Part shown: in pieces, positions 25,349-39,731 of the stretch
Layout: the number at the start of each line of letters is the position of its first letter
Numbering within the stretch: the first letter of the stretch is position 1
From: Eledone cirrhosa
Taxonomy: Eukaryota
Reading direction: 5' to 3'
Assembly: GCA_964016885.1 (NCBI GenBank)
Contig: OZ024740.1
Span: forward strand, 153,078,001 to 153,142,000
Length of the DNA: 64,000 nt
The notes under the pieces: model-generated
The model's input: only the letters and a program-made list of their open reading frames with translations
The model's database searches: none
Told to the model about the DNA's origin: nothing
Program-made: the position numbers and the translations under genes

Positions 25349-28300
25349 TACTAAGAGTGAGAAATGAAATTTCGTTTAATTCTTTTATATATTGTTAAAC
25401 GAAGATGATGATATATATATATATATATATATCATCATCATCGTTTAACGTCCGTTTTCCACGCTACCATGGGTATATACATATATATATATAAGGATTA
25501 CCAGCAGGTTAGTTCTAATTTACTTAGTTAATAATTTAATATATTAAATAGGGTTTTTTACTTTTAACCATTAATATTTTGTAATGATTCAATAGAAAAT
25601 ATCCAAAAATGCATTTCTTAATTCAAATGTTTACAGTATCTTTACTAATCAACAGATTGTTATAAAAATTTGCAATATTAGAGAAAAAAACTTCCGTTTT
25701 TAAAGTAATGCAGCCATAGTGCTGTTCTGTACTTTTCAATGTCTTATTAATATAGCTTCAGATGACACAGGACTTAACTCTTTAGCATTTACATTACTCT
25801 ATATTTACTATTATTTTTTCATGGTAATGGCTTTACCTCATGTAATTATCTCAATATTGAATCTATGAGATTTTGATGTTATCTATTTTGAGAACAATAC
25901 CTTAACATATGCATGAGCAGCCAGTTTAAACAGAAAGAAGTGAGAACATTCTGGCTGGATATGGCCGGTTTAAATATTAAAAGTCTACGCTAGCATGTAG
26001 CTCAAATTAAAAATATTGTAGTGTTCAATCTGGCAAGCCTGGTTAGAACAAAGTGATAGCTTATATTAAATATTTTTTTTATTTTCATTATAACAAATTT
26101 TAAACTGGATAGCTGTAAACAATCTTTGAATGGTGTAACATTCAAAATAGAAATGATGAACTCCCCTTATTATTAAATATTTCACTATCATTATTCCTGT
26201 ATTTGATATCCCGATATGGATTAAATGAATTTGTCTTTAAATGTAAATAAACCTGGCACAAAGCAGTTCAGTATTGATTGCTTGATAGAAGTTGTAATAT
26301 TTTCAACAATAGCACACACAAAGTATGTTTAATAGCTAGATAAAAACTTCATAGCTTAATGATCACAGACAGATATTTATAAAATGTTGAGTTTGTCTTG
26401 TTCTACTCATATTTTTAGTGAAAGATGTTTACACGAATAAATGAAATAAGACAAAGTAGTTAAGATTAAATTTGATATTTCTGCATAAAAACATTAATAC
26501 ATATTCAAGTAACCAAGGACTATGAGATAGCAGTTCTTTTGTTGTTATATTGATTAGGATAAAATAAAGAGTCTTTGTTTCTAGACAAAGGTTTACTTAA
26601 ACCGTGTTAGGATAGGATATTTCAAATCTGCATTTTTTTTTCTTTCTTGCAGTTTTTAAAGCAAAGGGTAGTGAAACTTTCTAATAATCTCCTCTTTGAA
26701 ATTCAGGAAACATTTTTTCAAAAATGTTTTCTATATTTCCTTAATTATTATTTAATTCACTTGTTTGCCCTGAATAATCTTTTAATATTTTCCTCGTCTT
26801 TTTTGTACTATACATATAAACAAATATAGATTATTAGCATCATTTTATGTTCAATTTCCCCACACCTGCATGGGTTAAATGAGACATTTTGAGGTAGTTT
26901 TTCTATGGTATGATGCCATTCCAGACACAAACCCATACTTTATTTTAAGTATGGTGTATACCACTGACATTCATCAAACTTCTACATTGTGGAACATTTT
27001 GTTTATATATATACACAAATGTTACAGTTTGCTTTTTAAATAGTATTGATATGAAGGTATTTGTGATACTGCTACACATACACATGACATGCTAACCAAA
27101 TTCACTCATGAGGTAATAGTAAAAAAACACTTGCCATAGAGCCATATAGTGTAACTGAACCTGAAACCAAGTGGTTCCAAAATGAACTTCTTAAGCACAC
27201 AGCCGTGTCAGTGTCTAAGTCTAATAGATAATTATATATAGCATAACTCTAACCTACAATTTCATATCATCAAACTAACTTTCTATTCTATGTACTTTAC
27301 AACTTGTCAACTAAAGCATCATCTATCATACTCTGCATTTCATGTAAATAATGGATAGCTAAACAATTTTGTAACTTTATTATAACACCTTTGCAACACT
27401 GACAAGTAATACTTTTTTAGATCATAGTCTATATATACATATTTGTGAGCATTGTGTATGTATGCATTACTTTTCAGAAGTGAGAAAGGTGAGAGTAACT
27501 AATACCCTTTCATTACCATATTTCCATTGAAATACACCCCATTTGAATTAATAAACTCTTTTGGTACGAACCTGCCCCAAACTGCCTGTTTCTATGAAAC
27601 AAAACCATCCACTTTAAAGGATACTACTTCAATTAAAATTTTTCAACACAATTTTATATAAGAACATATTTTCTCTTATAAATACCATTTCTTCAATAAT
27701 TAATTAAAATACAATGTATTTCAATAGAAATACAGTCACAAAAGGGTAAGTGAAAAATTCAGAGGATTTACTAAGATTATTCATTAATCATTTAGCATTT
27801 AAATCAGCCATATCTGGCCAGAATTCTCTCACCTCTTTCTGTTCAAACTGGCCCCTCATACTGATGTTAAGGTATTATTCTCAAAATAAATAACATCAAA
27901 ATCTCGTAAATTATGTAAGATAAAGCCTATACCATGAAAATACAATAGTATATAAAGAGTAATGTAAATGCTAAAGGGTTAATTCTTTAAGATGGTATTA
28001 TATAAAATTTTGGTGGAAGACTTTGATTTAAACAAGAATCCTTTAAAATGAGGTGTTTTGTTGCATAGAACCTGGAGCAATTTTGGGCAGCATAATAAAG
28101 AAGTATATAGATTAGGCTCATAGCCATCAAATTGTATTGAACATAGAACAATTTCAATTTTAAAATTAAGTAGAAAGAGTTGTTAGGATGTAGACCATCA
28201 TTGTTTTTACGTCCCCCATTCCACGATGGCATAGGTTAAACAAGGGAGGATTCTATAGCTGGTTGATCTTCCGGATGCCAACCCTTACATATTGTATGAT

Positions 28301-29124
28301 ACTTTATTCCATTCATCTCCACTGCCAAGCTGCAGGAAATAAACAAACAGCACTAGTTCATTGGGAAGGATGCAAGGCAAAGACAACAGCCAATGAATTA
28401 GTGTTCCAAAATTGAAATAATTTGAGAAATATTGGAGATTAGTAAACTATTATTGTTGGTCTATACAAAAATTTACATAGTTGAGCCTTTTCTTGCAGCA
28501 AAACGAAATGTCTTTACTTGGGAAACACACCAAACAGGTCTTTAAGAAGACAAAAGAACACTCTGTTTTAGCAACAATCCCAACCATGTGTGAAACAACT
28601 GTTACTGTTGATGCTTCTGCATTTTCAGTAGTAGGCCTAATGTCCTAGAATGAAAAACCCATAGCACTGACAGTACTCAGAGAAATCAGAGCAATATTGA
28701 ACATGAACTCTGTGGTGGCATAGTGTGATGAAAGATTGAGACATTTCTATTAGGGAAATATTTCATATTGAAGACTAATTGTCAACCTTTGCAATTTTTT
28801 CTTTTTTTCAAGGGACCTTGATGTTTCCAGGCAAGTTAGGTCAGTCATCATATTATCACAATATAAATTCAAAGTTATCATTCTTAATCAAACCATCAGT
28901 GATTTTAATGTTCTTAGACTAAAGTATAATTCAGATCAGTTTGCTTTGTTTACAATAGTAAGTTCAAAACTTCAAACAGCTGTTGTAACTGAGTATCATA
29001 GTTTACCAATGTTATCTATATGGCATACCATAAAAACTGTTCCTGGTAGTTAACTTATATAGTTCTAACTAAATGTGAGCATGCTAAATACCTGCAATGC
29101 CACCCACTGGATATGTTTCATCAT

Positions 29125-29495
29125 CTACTACAGTCAGTAGGCATCTCTAACAAAATACACCCCCGTCCCACCTCCCCCACCCCATCCACACCGGCCCTTT
29201 CAATGTAAAGTTATGTTGGTGCCACAACATCCAGGCCGAAACAAATGAGATCGTGTAGGTGTCACGACAAAAAAACACACAGTCCACGCTGTAATGTGGC
29301 CGTGTAGGCAACACAGTAAAAACCTCCCAGCCCCACACTGTAAATGTGGTTGGTGTTAGGAAGGGCATCCAGCTGTAGAAAACCTGCCAGACAGTCCTAT
29401 GCGAGCAATGACAACCACTCTTGCCTCAAGTGGGAAAACTCCCGTCCAAACCCATGCAAGCGTGGAACATGGACGTTAAACGATGATGATGATGA
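29125..29495 (+). mobile_element. RTE 3'UTR-only copy
   Basis: Nearly identical to 13741-14113, with (GAT)n tail. Confidence 0.9.
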
Positions 29496-31951
29496 TCGTG
29501 ATCATTTTCAAGTTTGCTTTTCCTCATGCTAACATGAGTTGGAAGAGACCTTTTAGATAGTATCCTGATTTTTAGAATAAATACACTGTATTCCCACACA
29601 TCATAAGAGGCAACTAAAATGTTGGCATCAAGAAAGGCATCTGGCTGTAAAACATTGTCTCAAAACATCTCACCCAACCCATGCTGGAATGGAAAAGTGG
29701 ATGTAAAACCTACAACGATGACTATCTGTGGCCAGATACCTTTTCTGATACCAACTATATATATATATTTTTTAAAGTAAGGTACTAAGGTATTGATCTT
29801 CATATGCTGAACTGCAGAACTTTTGTTTATGTGGAATAAACAAACATTACTGCCACCAGTGTAAAATGCAAAATAAAGACAAAGACACACACACTCACAA
29901 CAGGTTTTCTTAGAATTTCTATCTACCAATTCTACTCACAAGGTACTGATTGGTCCAAAGCTATAGCAGAAGACACTTGCCTAGAACAACACTCAGTAAG
30001 ATAGAACCAAAAACCACATGGTTGCAAAGCGAACTTCTTAACCACAATAGACATGCCTCCGTCCTATGCTTATAAATAGAAAATAGAACAAGCAAACTAT
30101 GTAGAATAACCATAAATAAGACCTTTGGATTGAAATGTAAGGCTGAGCTTGCCTTGCAGTTTGTTACTTCAAGTTTGGACAGAGAAATGTACTGAAGATA
30201 CATAACTTTTTTAAGAAAGTCATAAAATATACCCAAGTGTCAACTCTTTTGTAACCATATATCTACCTAGGATTTTCAAAATATTTCAAGTTTTAAAATA
30301 ATCAAGAATTTTGAGTTATTCAATAATATAACTTGTTATTATGATGATAATTGGAACTACATGATAAATGCACCCAGTACATACTGTAAAATGGTTGATG
30401 ATAGGAAGGGTATTCAGCCGTAGAAAGTTTGCCAAACAAAGGGTTGCGAGGAATCTCCAGTCTGTGTCAAAAGACAACTTCTCCCATGCACTCAATAGAA
30501 CGTATGACTGTATGTAAGCAAGATGCTGACCCCACAACCTGTCAGTAGTCCTGCTTTAGTACTGACTTGGTCTATGTAGACCCATCCAACCCTTGCTAGC
30601 AGGGAAAGCGGGCGTTAAATAACGATGATGATAAACACTCTAAAACAAAGTTTTGAATCGTAAAACCAGGTGTAGCTTTGGTCAATTTGGTACCAAAAGG
30701 GTTTTGGTATCAAAACGTAATGTTAAATTTACATAATAAATCATACCAACCAAACTATTACCAAACCCTGTTATTATTCAAAATGTTCTCACTGATTAGC
30801 TCATATTTTTGTTGCTTCTTCATCCAATGTTGGAGCATAATTAGTTGATATAATCCTTTTGCTTAATTTATATTTAAAAGCTAAAGCTTCTGACATGCTA
30901 TTCCGATTAGCAAACACTCATTCATTTCAACTTATTAATTACTTATTTGCCAACATATTAAGAGAGCATTAACAGTTTATGACAAGGTAAGTGTTTTATG
31001 GTCACTTCTGCTAAAGCAAGGGTTAACATTACAGGCTCCATGATAGCTTCATACTAATCACTGGGTTGTTTTTGAGGCAATGTTTTACAGTCAGATTCCT
31101 TTCCTGGTACCAACCATTTTAGTTCCCTTTTATGACATGTAAGAATACAGGTACTATTTAAAATGACAAATGCACACACACACATATATAAAACCATGAC
31201 TAACAAGATCTAACAGCAATGGATTTCCAATATACTACTACTACTAAATGCATCCACTTCTTTGTGGTGACATGATAAAACCTTTCCATTGCACATGATC
31301 CAACATTAACTGCCTCGGTTCTTCACCACATAGTTCTGTATCTTCCGCCATGACTCTCTTTAATATCTTAAGAGGTCTTCTGTGTTTGCATTTCACATTT
31401 ATGGGCTCCCAAAGTAAAACTTTTATCTCAGGTTCATTGTCACTCATGACATGATGTACAAGTTGAAGATAGAGGCATGGCTGTGTAAAGTTTTCTTCAC
31501 AACTATGCAGTTTTAGGTTTGATTCCATTGTGCAATTCCTTGAACAAGTACTTTGTACCATGGCCTCTATGAGCAAAATTTGGTAGACAGAAACTGAGAG
31601 GAAGCGAGTCATAGGGATCATTCCTGTCTTGAGTGGTAGACTGTATCCATCACACAATTTAACATCACCACTCCCACCTGGTCCTTTTGTACCATTATTA
31701 GAATTCACTCTGTTGCAAGCATCTGGACCAAATCTCTAGTCAGGATAAATTCCTCCCTTATTACCACCTGTCACAGAAGCCCTGAAAAAAATCTTAGGTT
31801 ATACCTTTCCTCCTCTAACTAATCCATTACAGGAAAAAAAAGAAAAAAAATCAATTCTAATTTATTTATGGGATTTCTCATATAATCCCATAAACAAATT
31901 AGAATTGATTTTTTTTTTTTTCCTGTAGATCCACCTTCATCTCTGTCACTG

Positions 31952-31952
<1 letters not shown>

Positions 31953-31996
<44 letters not shown>

Positions 31997-32107
31997 GTGG
32001 GTTAATGTTCTTTTTCTCTCTTCTGATTCCTTCAGAATGGCACCAGATGTTACATGCATCATGCATTGTCTTACATACATTGCCTTTCACACACATATAT
32101 ATATATA

Positions 32108-32139
<32 letters not shown>
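31953..32139. repeat. (GT)n and (AT)n microsatellites
   Basis: Pure (GT)n runs at 31953-31992 and 32111-32139. Confidence 0.9.
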
Positions 32140-32142
<3 letters not shown>

Positions 32143-34194
32143 ATGTTTAGGTAACATGCTATGTCTAATGTAAACTGAGTTTAAAATCAGGTGAAACCCT
32201 ATATTTTACCCTTCTGAAAATCGCCATTAACCCTGAAGAACTAAACCCTGTAAATTATAACTGAAAAGTGATTAGCGTTCATGGTATGGAACGTATGAGC
32301 TAGCTGAGGTTGCACTGACCTGTCTGGTCACGGCTCATGACATCCAGTCCAACCCATACCAGTACAGAAAGCTGACGTAAAAACGATCAGAGTTAAAGAG
32401 TAGTATAGCACCACGTTATATTTTGTTTTTATATTGTTATGTGGACGGGTGCAGGCATGGCCGTGGACGAGTGCAGGCATGGCCATGTACGTGGCTTAAG
32501 GTTCGATTCCACTGTGCAATACCTTGAGCAAGTCTCTTCAATCATAGCCTCAGTTGAACTATGATCATAGATGTGACCATGCCATCTTTTAATACAGTGT
32601 ATATAAAGTCCAGGATAGGATATGATTTTGAGAGAAATTAGACAGCTTTTTGATGGCCTCAAAAGTCACGTATTTAGGATGATACAAGGCAAAATGTTCC
32701 ATGCAGAGTTTAACTGTTAATTTACTAGAAAATACAAAATACAAAAGAAAAAGAAAAACAAACAATTTCCACTTAGTAGGCTAATGCTTTCACATTTCAT
32801 CTCTACATTTAAGGTCAACAGATCCCATGACGCCGACAATGCTTGACTGAGAAACAAAAGAGCCTAAAAGTAATGAATAATCAGATTATTCCACGTACCG
32901 CTAATAGTTATCACTACACAAAGAACTTCGTTGAAATATATATACATAAATAACAGATATACGTTTAAAAATAAGGCGTTTCTAAAGAAGTTCCATTTCA
33001 GTCATACATCTTATGTACACAACTCAACCTAGTGGGTCTCTCTCTCCCTTTCCTTCTTTCCGAAATATACCTTTCACTATTTATATTAAACAGGTTTAAA
33101 AATATAAAATAGGTTTTTAGATAAATTAAACAAGTTTATTAAACAAGGTTAAAACAATTTGCAGGTAAACATATTACGTTACAGGATATTTTTATATACA
33201 GTTTTAACTTTACATATTTTTTTCCTCCGTTCTAACAGCTTATTGAATAATGATTTTATTTTTCGGTGTAATGAAATATATTGGTAAAGACAAAATTATA
33301 ATTTATTTTGTGAGGCTCAACATATTTGTAAGAAATAAAAATGCTCAAAAATATCTCTCTCTCAAAAAAAAAAAAAAAAAATCCACAATAGCAACCAAAT
33401 TGGAAATCTGTGTATACATTAATTTACACTTTATATTTATTCAACAAACATGAATTGACGATATATGTAATTTCATCAATAATGAAGAAAGATTTAAAAA
33501 CGATGTTGTTATTCGGCTTTTTTTTTAACAAAAACTCTTTCATTGCTATGTCTAAGCAGTATCTCTATCTCTCTAAAAAAAATCATTCTCCCACTCGATG
33601 CAACCACTACTCTCACATACTATACACAATTATTTCAATGTCAGATCCATATATTTTAAATTTTACAGAAGTGAACTCGTATAAAATATGAAGGAAAAAA
33701 AAGAGGGGCGGATGAACCGTAAACAAAATGAGTAAAGAAATATGTAATCTCTTCTAATGCCGCTATAGCCTATGTATGTAGTTTGCACCAAAATTACATT
33801 AAAAAATATCACCATTAATCCATGTCAAAAACAATTAATTTGCATTAATTATATAAAATAATGAAACAGTAGCAGCATTAAAATAATGATTGTAACGCCA
33901 AAATATATTCAACGTTTTTCAAAAGAGAAACCGTTTAATTTAACATTATATATGCATATTTATATCTATACAACTTAGTGGCTGTTTAAACATCGGTGCA
34001 TTTCCTTATGCATTTACTACACATATTAAGTCAGATACAATCGAAATGTTTATAACAAGTATATATTTTATCTTCTTTATATAAATGAATAATAGCACAA
34101 TGATTGACTGTAAAAGTAGCATCGTAGCATATTATCTATAAGGTCATGTTGCCCTCAATTGATCATATCAAAATAAGATATTAACGACACTTAC

Positions 34195-34367
34195 CAGGGA
34201 TCGAATTCATGTATAATACTTTCAAATCGAATGACTGAGAAAAGCCTGGAGCTAAAACCGGCTAGCCAGGCTAATGCTAGGATAAAAAAGGTCAAAAGAC
34301 TTTTCCACCCTCTAGGATTCCATATCGCAGTGCGGATATCTGTTTTCACCACACCGGTATCCGCCAT
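34195..34367 (-). CDS. STT3B: STT3B coding exon 1 (dolichyl-diphosphooligosaccharide-protein glycosyltransferase catalytic subunit)
   Basis: Translates MADTGVVKTD...GWKSLLTFFILALAWLAGFSSRLFSVIRFESIIHEFDP(W). The AWLAGFSSRLF/RFESIIHEFDPW motif is characteristic of STT3B. ATG at 34367-34365; the exon ends CCC TG|GTAAGT (phase 2). Confidence 0.93.
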
Positions 34368-34674
34368 ATTTCTCACAGTGGTTAACTAGTAACAGTAAAA
34401 TAACTAACAATTCAATCAATTAAGTACGGATGTACAAAAGTGTCAACTTTATTCATAAAATAATATAATGAAAATACTCAAGACAATTTCTGTATTTTGA
34501 AAGTGCAATTTTAATAAATAATAGTCAAATATAGATCCCTTAAAAAATTAAATTTATCATATTTGTTCGAATTTTAAGCATTGGTTATTCTAAAGAAGTG
34601 TAAGCATAGCTTGTTTACCATAGTTATGCTACAATGCCACTTTAGTGATTGTTTGTCTCCATAAACTTGACATC

Positions 34675-34700
34675 GCCACGTCCGGAAATTTAACCAATCA
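34675..34700. promoter_or_regulatory. Candidate STT3B proximal promoter motif cluster (GCCACGTC, CCGGAA, CCAATCA)
   Basis: An XBP1/ATF6-like core, an ETS core and a CCAAT box fall within 26 bp, about 310 bp upstream of the ATG. Motif match only. Confidence 0.4.
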
Positions 34701-35214
34701 TAATTGACCAGGTGGAAGCTTAAAATAATATTCAAACATTATTGCTTCTGATACAGATACAGGTTTACACCTTCGAAGAATGAGTGAAATCAATTAGAAT
34801 TTGAGACTGTTGTAAAATTAAGCAGTTTTTTCCGCTCTATTTGAACTCACATACAGCAATGCATTGATTTTATCACACCACTCACCTTATGTGTTGTAAT
34901 ATTAATAATAATTAAATTATATATATATATTATTTATCTATTTTACGAGAAACATGATAAGGATTATCTTAATTCTTTTTAATGATTCTTAAGTCCATTC
35001 ACAATTGTATAAATAACATTACAAATTTTATAATTCTTACAGAATGAAAATATTTATACAATACTTAATTACATAAATACTTCACATAAAATTAAAACGA
35101 AAGAAAATATGGTATCATTATAGAAGAAAAAAGCCTCGATTTCAGTGGGGGGAAAAATTGTTTTCGTCGTTTTTTTTTCGTTTTCTATCAACTAATCTAA
35201 CCTCCAAGATGCTT

Positions 35215-35655
35215 GCTATCGACGTTTTTAGTCCCGGAAAACCTCCTCCTCTGAGTTTTCTCCACGATTTTTTTAATTTTTCGTGTGTTATCAACTAATA
35301 TGACCTCGAAACCAGTCGGAGACGACTAGATTTGTATAAATAGGAGGGTGAAAAGGGGCGAAAAGAAAATCGGAGTTTCGTAGATCTACACAGATCTCGC
35401 GTTTGGTGGGGAATAATTGTTTTTCCTCGATTTTGTTTTGTTTTGTTTTTTTCTGGTCCTCTTAGATACTCGAAATCGACGTTTTAAGGTTTCCGTTTCC
35501 GTTTTCGGGGGGGGGGGGGATTCGTTTGTGAGCATCTAAGAGTTCAGATTAGTTGATAGCACACGAAAAAAAAAAAATCGTAGGGAGAACTCCGAGGAGA
35601 TGGGTTATCCGGGGTGGGGACATCACCACCCCTCCGTTTTCCTGGAAAACGTCGA
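35215..35655. mobile_element. CpG-rich MITE/foldback-like element with imperfect inverted arms
   Basis: tcgacgtttt...cccggaaaa...tccacgattttttt...ttcgtgtgttatcaactaat is mirrored by attagttgatagcacacgaaaaa...aatcgtagggagaactc...tccgggg...aaaacgtcga. Confidence 0.55.
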
Positions 35656-35989
35656 ACAACCCAGGGAAAAAATCCAGGAGTTGCGTTCTATAAATTAACC
35701 GAAAATATTAATTGAGTACCAAGTAATATATGTCAATCGCTCACACACCACAATGGGTGGTGGAATAACTAAGCTCCACCATGGGCATCAGCTGATATCT
35801 CGGTAAGACCAAGTGATAGCGAAGCTAAGGTGCTGGAATAACCAAGCATCTTCATGGCCATCATCGGATACCTCGGTGAGGTGAGCCAACAGTGATGACA
35901 AAACCTTTGTTGTCAATGGCTCAGCTCCCTCAAACATTTTGAATGCCACAGGCTGGAAAAAATAGTTTGCTGTTAATTCTTGGTATTTT

Positions 35990-36990
35990 AGAATTTTATT
36001 TCATTTGGCTGATGCTATAAAGTGGCCCTCACTTTTGTAGCGTCATCCAGGATGTGGGAAGGAGCAAAAAGGTCACTGACTGTGGTGTCCTAACTGAGAC
36101 ATCTACCTCACCAAGCAAGACCAGCTGAGCTCGTGGATGTTATCCAACCATCTTGCACGGGGTCTAGTCTTGGGCCTCCTGCCAGTTAGTTTTGCCAGTA
36201 ATATGTCCAGCAATTCTTTCCTTAAACATTTTAACTACATGTCCATGTTATTGGTGTTGTGATCTCTCAATTCGAAGTAGTGGCTCTACATTGAGCAACA
36301 CTGATCTCCAAGCTACGCACTCTAAGTAATGTTACTCCAAAATCCTTTTGGTAGAACTCCATTTCGGCTGCTTGTATTCCTAATCACATTCTTTTGGTCA
36401 TTACCCAAGATTCCTGACCATAGGTAAGGATTGGCACAAATACCGAATTGAAGATAAGCGAGTTTGGCTTTTACACCTACCTTCTTCTGATGAGTGAATG
36501 CTGAAGTTGTGCACTGTGCAGGCTTCTTTGAGAGGACGAGTGTCTCAGTCTCTGCAGCATTGATTTTTATTCCAGCCATGCAGCACCCAGCAGCAAACCT
36601 ATCAAGTGCATGTCAGAGATCACCTTCTGATGAGTTAATTAATACCATGTCGTCTGCAAATTCCAGCTGACTGATCTTACACCCACCAGTCTATAACGTT
36701 TCGCACGTTAATCTTGTCCATGAAAATTATGAACAAGAAAGGTGACAGTATGCACTCTTGGTAGAGCCCGACACCCACACTGAATGATTTTGGGTCAGCA
36801 CCATTTATTTAAACACAAATACTTGTTATAGAGACATCAGGGCAACAAGAAGCTGTCCATCGATCCCATACTACTGCAGAACCTTCCACAACAGGTCCTG
36901 TGGAATGCAGTAATGTGCCTTTTCAAGGTCTACGAAACAGACATATACTTCTTGGCAATACTCCCACGATTTCTTAAAAACCTGCTGCAG
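35990..36990 (-). mobile_element. Degraded RTE-clade LINE (RT to C-terminus)
   Basis: Minus-strand remnants FVDLEKAHY, CILSPFLFIIFMDKI, FADDMVL and GIKINAAETETLV. Confidence 0.8.
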
Positions 36991-38039
36991 TGTGACTATT
37001 AGTAAAATAATTAATTCTATCATTTTACTAATAACATTTTTTTTCTTCTCATTACGGGTGTAATTTTAATTGATTACATTTATTTGGATCATTATCTGAA
37101 GTATGTTAGCACTTATTTAACAATTTGTTTTTCATCACTAAATCACTCATATCTTACAATCTAAGTAGATGTATGAATTCTTTTTTTTTCTCTTCTAAGT
37201 TGTGTTTTAAATATTCACGTTCACTTAACTTTACCTTCGCAATAACTAATCTGAAAATAATTAATTTTAAAATCGCTTTTTGTGTCTTAATCAGAGATGG
37301 AAAACCAACACCCAGAACCCTTTATTTTTTCAGGGCTTTTGAGACTGAAAATAAATGAAGAAGTTATCTTCAAACTTAAGACCTGGCTCACTTTTTTCTG
37401 AGAGACTGAAATATGCTAATGACTCACAGTAATTTGGTAGTGGTGTTAAACCAGACAATGGATTAAATCTACCACTCAAGACCTCATCAATTTTAAAGCT
37501 AGAACAACTACTACAAGGGATCTCATCCACTACTTTAACAATCCTGTCAACCCACTGTCTTCGACTGGTATTTTATTTTATCAACCCCAAAAGAATAAAA
37601 GACAAAGTTATCCTCAACAGGGAATAGAGAACCAAAATAGAAATCATGGATTATTTTTTCTTATGCTTAAATAACCCTGTCAGTACATGAAATGTCCTTA
37701 TCTTTCAGTTTTGGAAAGCTATGAAAATACTGTTGGCATTGTCACTTCAATTCTAAAATTGTGTGTAACAGTATTTTTAAGGGTTAATCTGAAGACCATA
37801 CTACCTAGAGTTAAAATTTTCTTCATATCTAAGTTTAGGAGGTTATGTGTATGGATAACAAGCATTCAGAAAATTCAAAGTTATACACATTTATTATCCT
37901 ACTTTATCTAATGAATAGTTGAGTTAGAGTTAGATAAATATCTGACAAAAATCTGTGAAATTAGTTATGAAAATAATTTCAAAATGGGACAGTATTTCTT
38001 GTGACACTAAACTCTGCCAGTTGCAGACTGCACATTAAC

Positions 38040-38480
38040 ATGTGATATCTCTCTCCACAAAGTTTGATCACCAGCAGCAGAGTTCAAAGATCAAGTCCAG
38101 TCCATAAGTTGACATTGTCAAGCCATCATTTTGGCTGCTGGCCTCTGCTTCTCTTACCAGCCAACCTTCCTTCCAGGCAACCTTCCCACTCACGCCACGA
38201 ATTGATCTTTTTATATGGCTGTATAGTTTGAGTACTCTTGACTTGACAATTGATGTAATTGCTCTAAGTTTGGTAATGTTGAGCAGCTCACTGATACAGA
38301 TACAGTCGCTGAGCCACTTGCCAGTCATAAGTCTCATGATGTGGTTCTGGAATGTAGAGAGCTTCTGAAGTGACCTTGTCGTCCAATTAACACAGTCAAG
38401 ACCATATAACACAACTGGTAGGATGTAAGTATCAAAGATCATAGCCTTCAAACGATAGGACAGCATATGTGGTCATATAT
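38040..38480 (-). mobile_element. LINE (RTE-like) post-RT fragment
   Basis: LKAMIFDTYILPVVLYGLDCVNW...KLSTFQNHIMR...KLYSHIKR is a typical LINE C-terminal pattern. Confidence 0.7.
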
Positions 38481-39304
38481 AACTATACTTACTGACATGA
38501 CCTCATATTTGCCAGCTATGTATAATTGGTGGAGTCATTAGTGGTGGATTGATAAAATAAAGTACCAGTCGAAGGTGGTAGGTTGGTGGGATTCTAAGTG
38601 TCAGACAACATCCTTATGTTATTTGCATTAGCTCTTCGTGATCAGAGTTATTAGGTAATAGACTTAATTAGTCACTCAGTTTATCACTATCACCTGGTTA
38701 TTGGATGCAAGCATTCAGGCCAGGCCTTTCTATGAAGGATAACTTTCTTCCTTTCAACAACTAGTTTTAACCCCCCCCCCCCCCAATCAAAGGTCATGAT
38801 CACTGTTCTTCCATCCCTGGTTAATTGGTAAAAAACAAATAGTCAATGCACATTGGCAAACAAACCTAATACTCACCACATATTCTATCACAAAGCCATG
38901 TTAATTTCAATAAATTAAATCTATGAATATATATGTGTAAAAGGTGCTGTGTGTGTGTTTAAGAAGTTTGCTTTGTATATATGAAGTTACACTTTTAGTT
39001 CCACTTTGTTGGACTTTCAACAAATGTTTTCTACTATAGCTTTGGGCTGACTAATGGCTTGTAAGTTAATTTGGTCGATGGAAACTGTGTGGAAGATTGT
39101 TGTCATCATCCTTATTATAATTGTTATTTTTAAGTCTGTTTTTCCATGCTGGAATAGATTGGGTGGCACATTTTTGAGGAAGTATTCTATGACCGGATAT
39201 CCTTCTTGATACCAAACCTTACTTATTTTTAAGTATGGTACTTATTCCTCTGGTAAGCACACGTTGAACCACTGAATTGCAGGATATATTGTTTATCTGT
39301 CTAT

Positions 39305-39731
39305 CTTACACACTTACACCTCTCCAAGACAATGTCACTGGACCGAGATCTTTGGCGCTACGCAGTAATACAGAAGACCTGCCTTGCCTAAGTACAAAGC
39401 GAAACCTACAGTCAATAGGCACCTCCTAACCAAAAATACACCCCCCCCCCCCCATCCCACTACCCCTACCTCCACCCCATCGACACCACCCCTTTCTCTG
39501 TAAAGTTATGTTGGTGACACAACATCCAGTCCTAAATAAATGAGGTCGTGTAGGTGTCACGACAAAAAAACACACACTGTAAACGTGGTTGGTGTTAGGA
39601 AGGGCATCCAGCATTAGAAAACCTGCCAGACAGTCCTATACGAGCAAGACAACCAATCTTGCCTCATGTGGGACAATTCCCATCTAAACCCATGCTAGCG
39701 TGGAAGATAGACGTTAAATGATGATGATGAT
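39305..39731 (+). mobile_element. RTE 3' end copy
   Basis: Matches 13640-14113 (cacacttacacctctccaagacaatgtcactggaccgaga...) and ends (GAT)n. Confidence 0.9.

Larger units (their letters stand above)
4990..34194 (-). other. STT3B: STT3B first coding intron (29,205 bp, GT-AG), densely filled with retroelements
   Basis: Phase-compatible splice sites join EFDPW to FNYR with no missing STT3 residues. Confidence 0.88.

Noticed and set aside
37130-37530. Possible L1/Tx1-type C-terminal remnant on the minus strand
   Set aside because: It looks coding-like, but no diagnostic motif could be confirmed.
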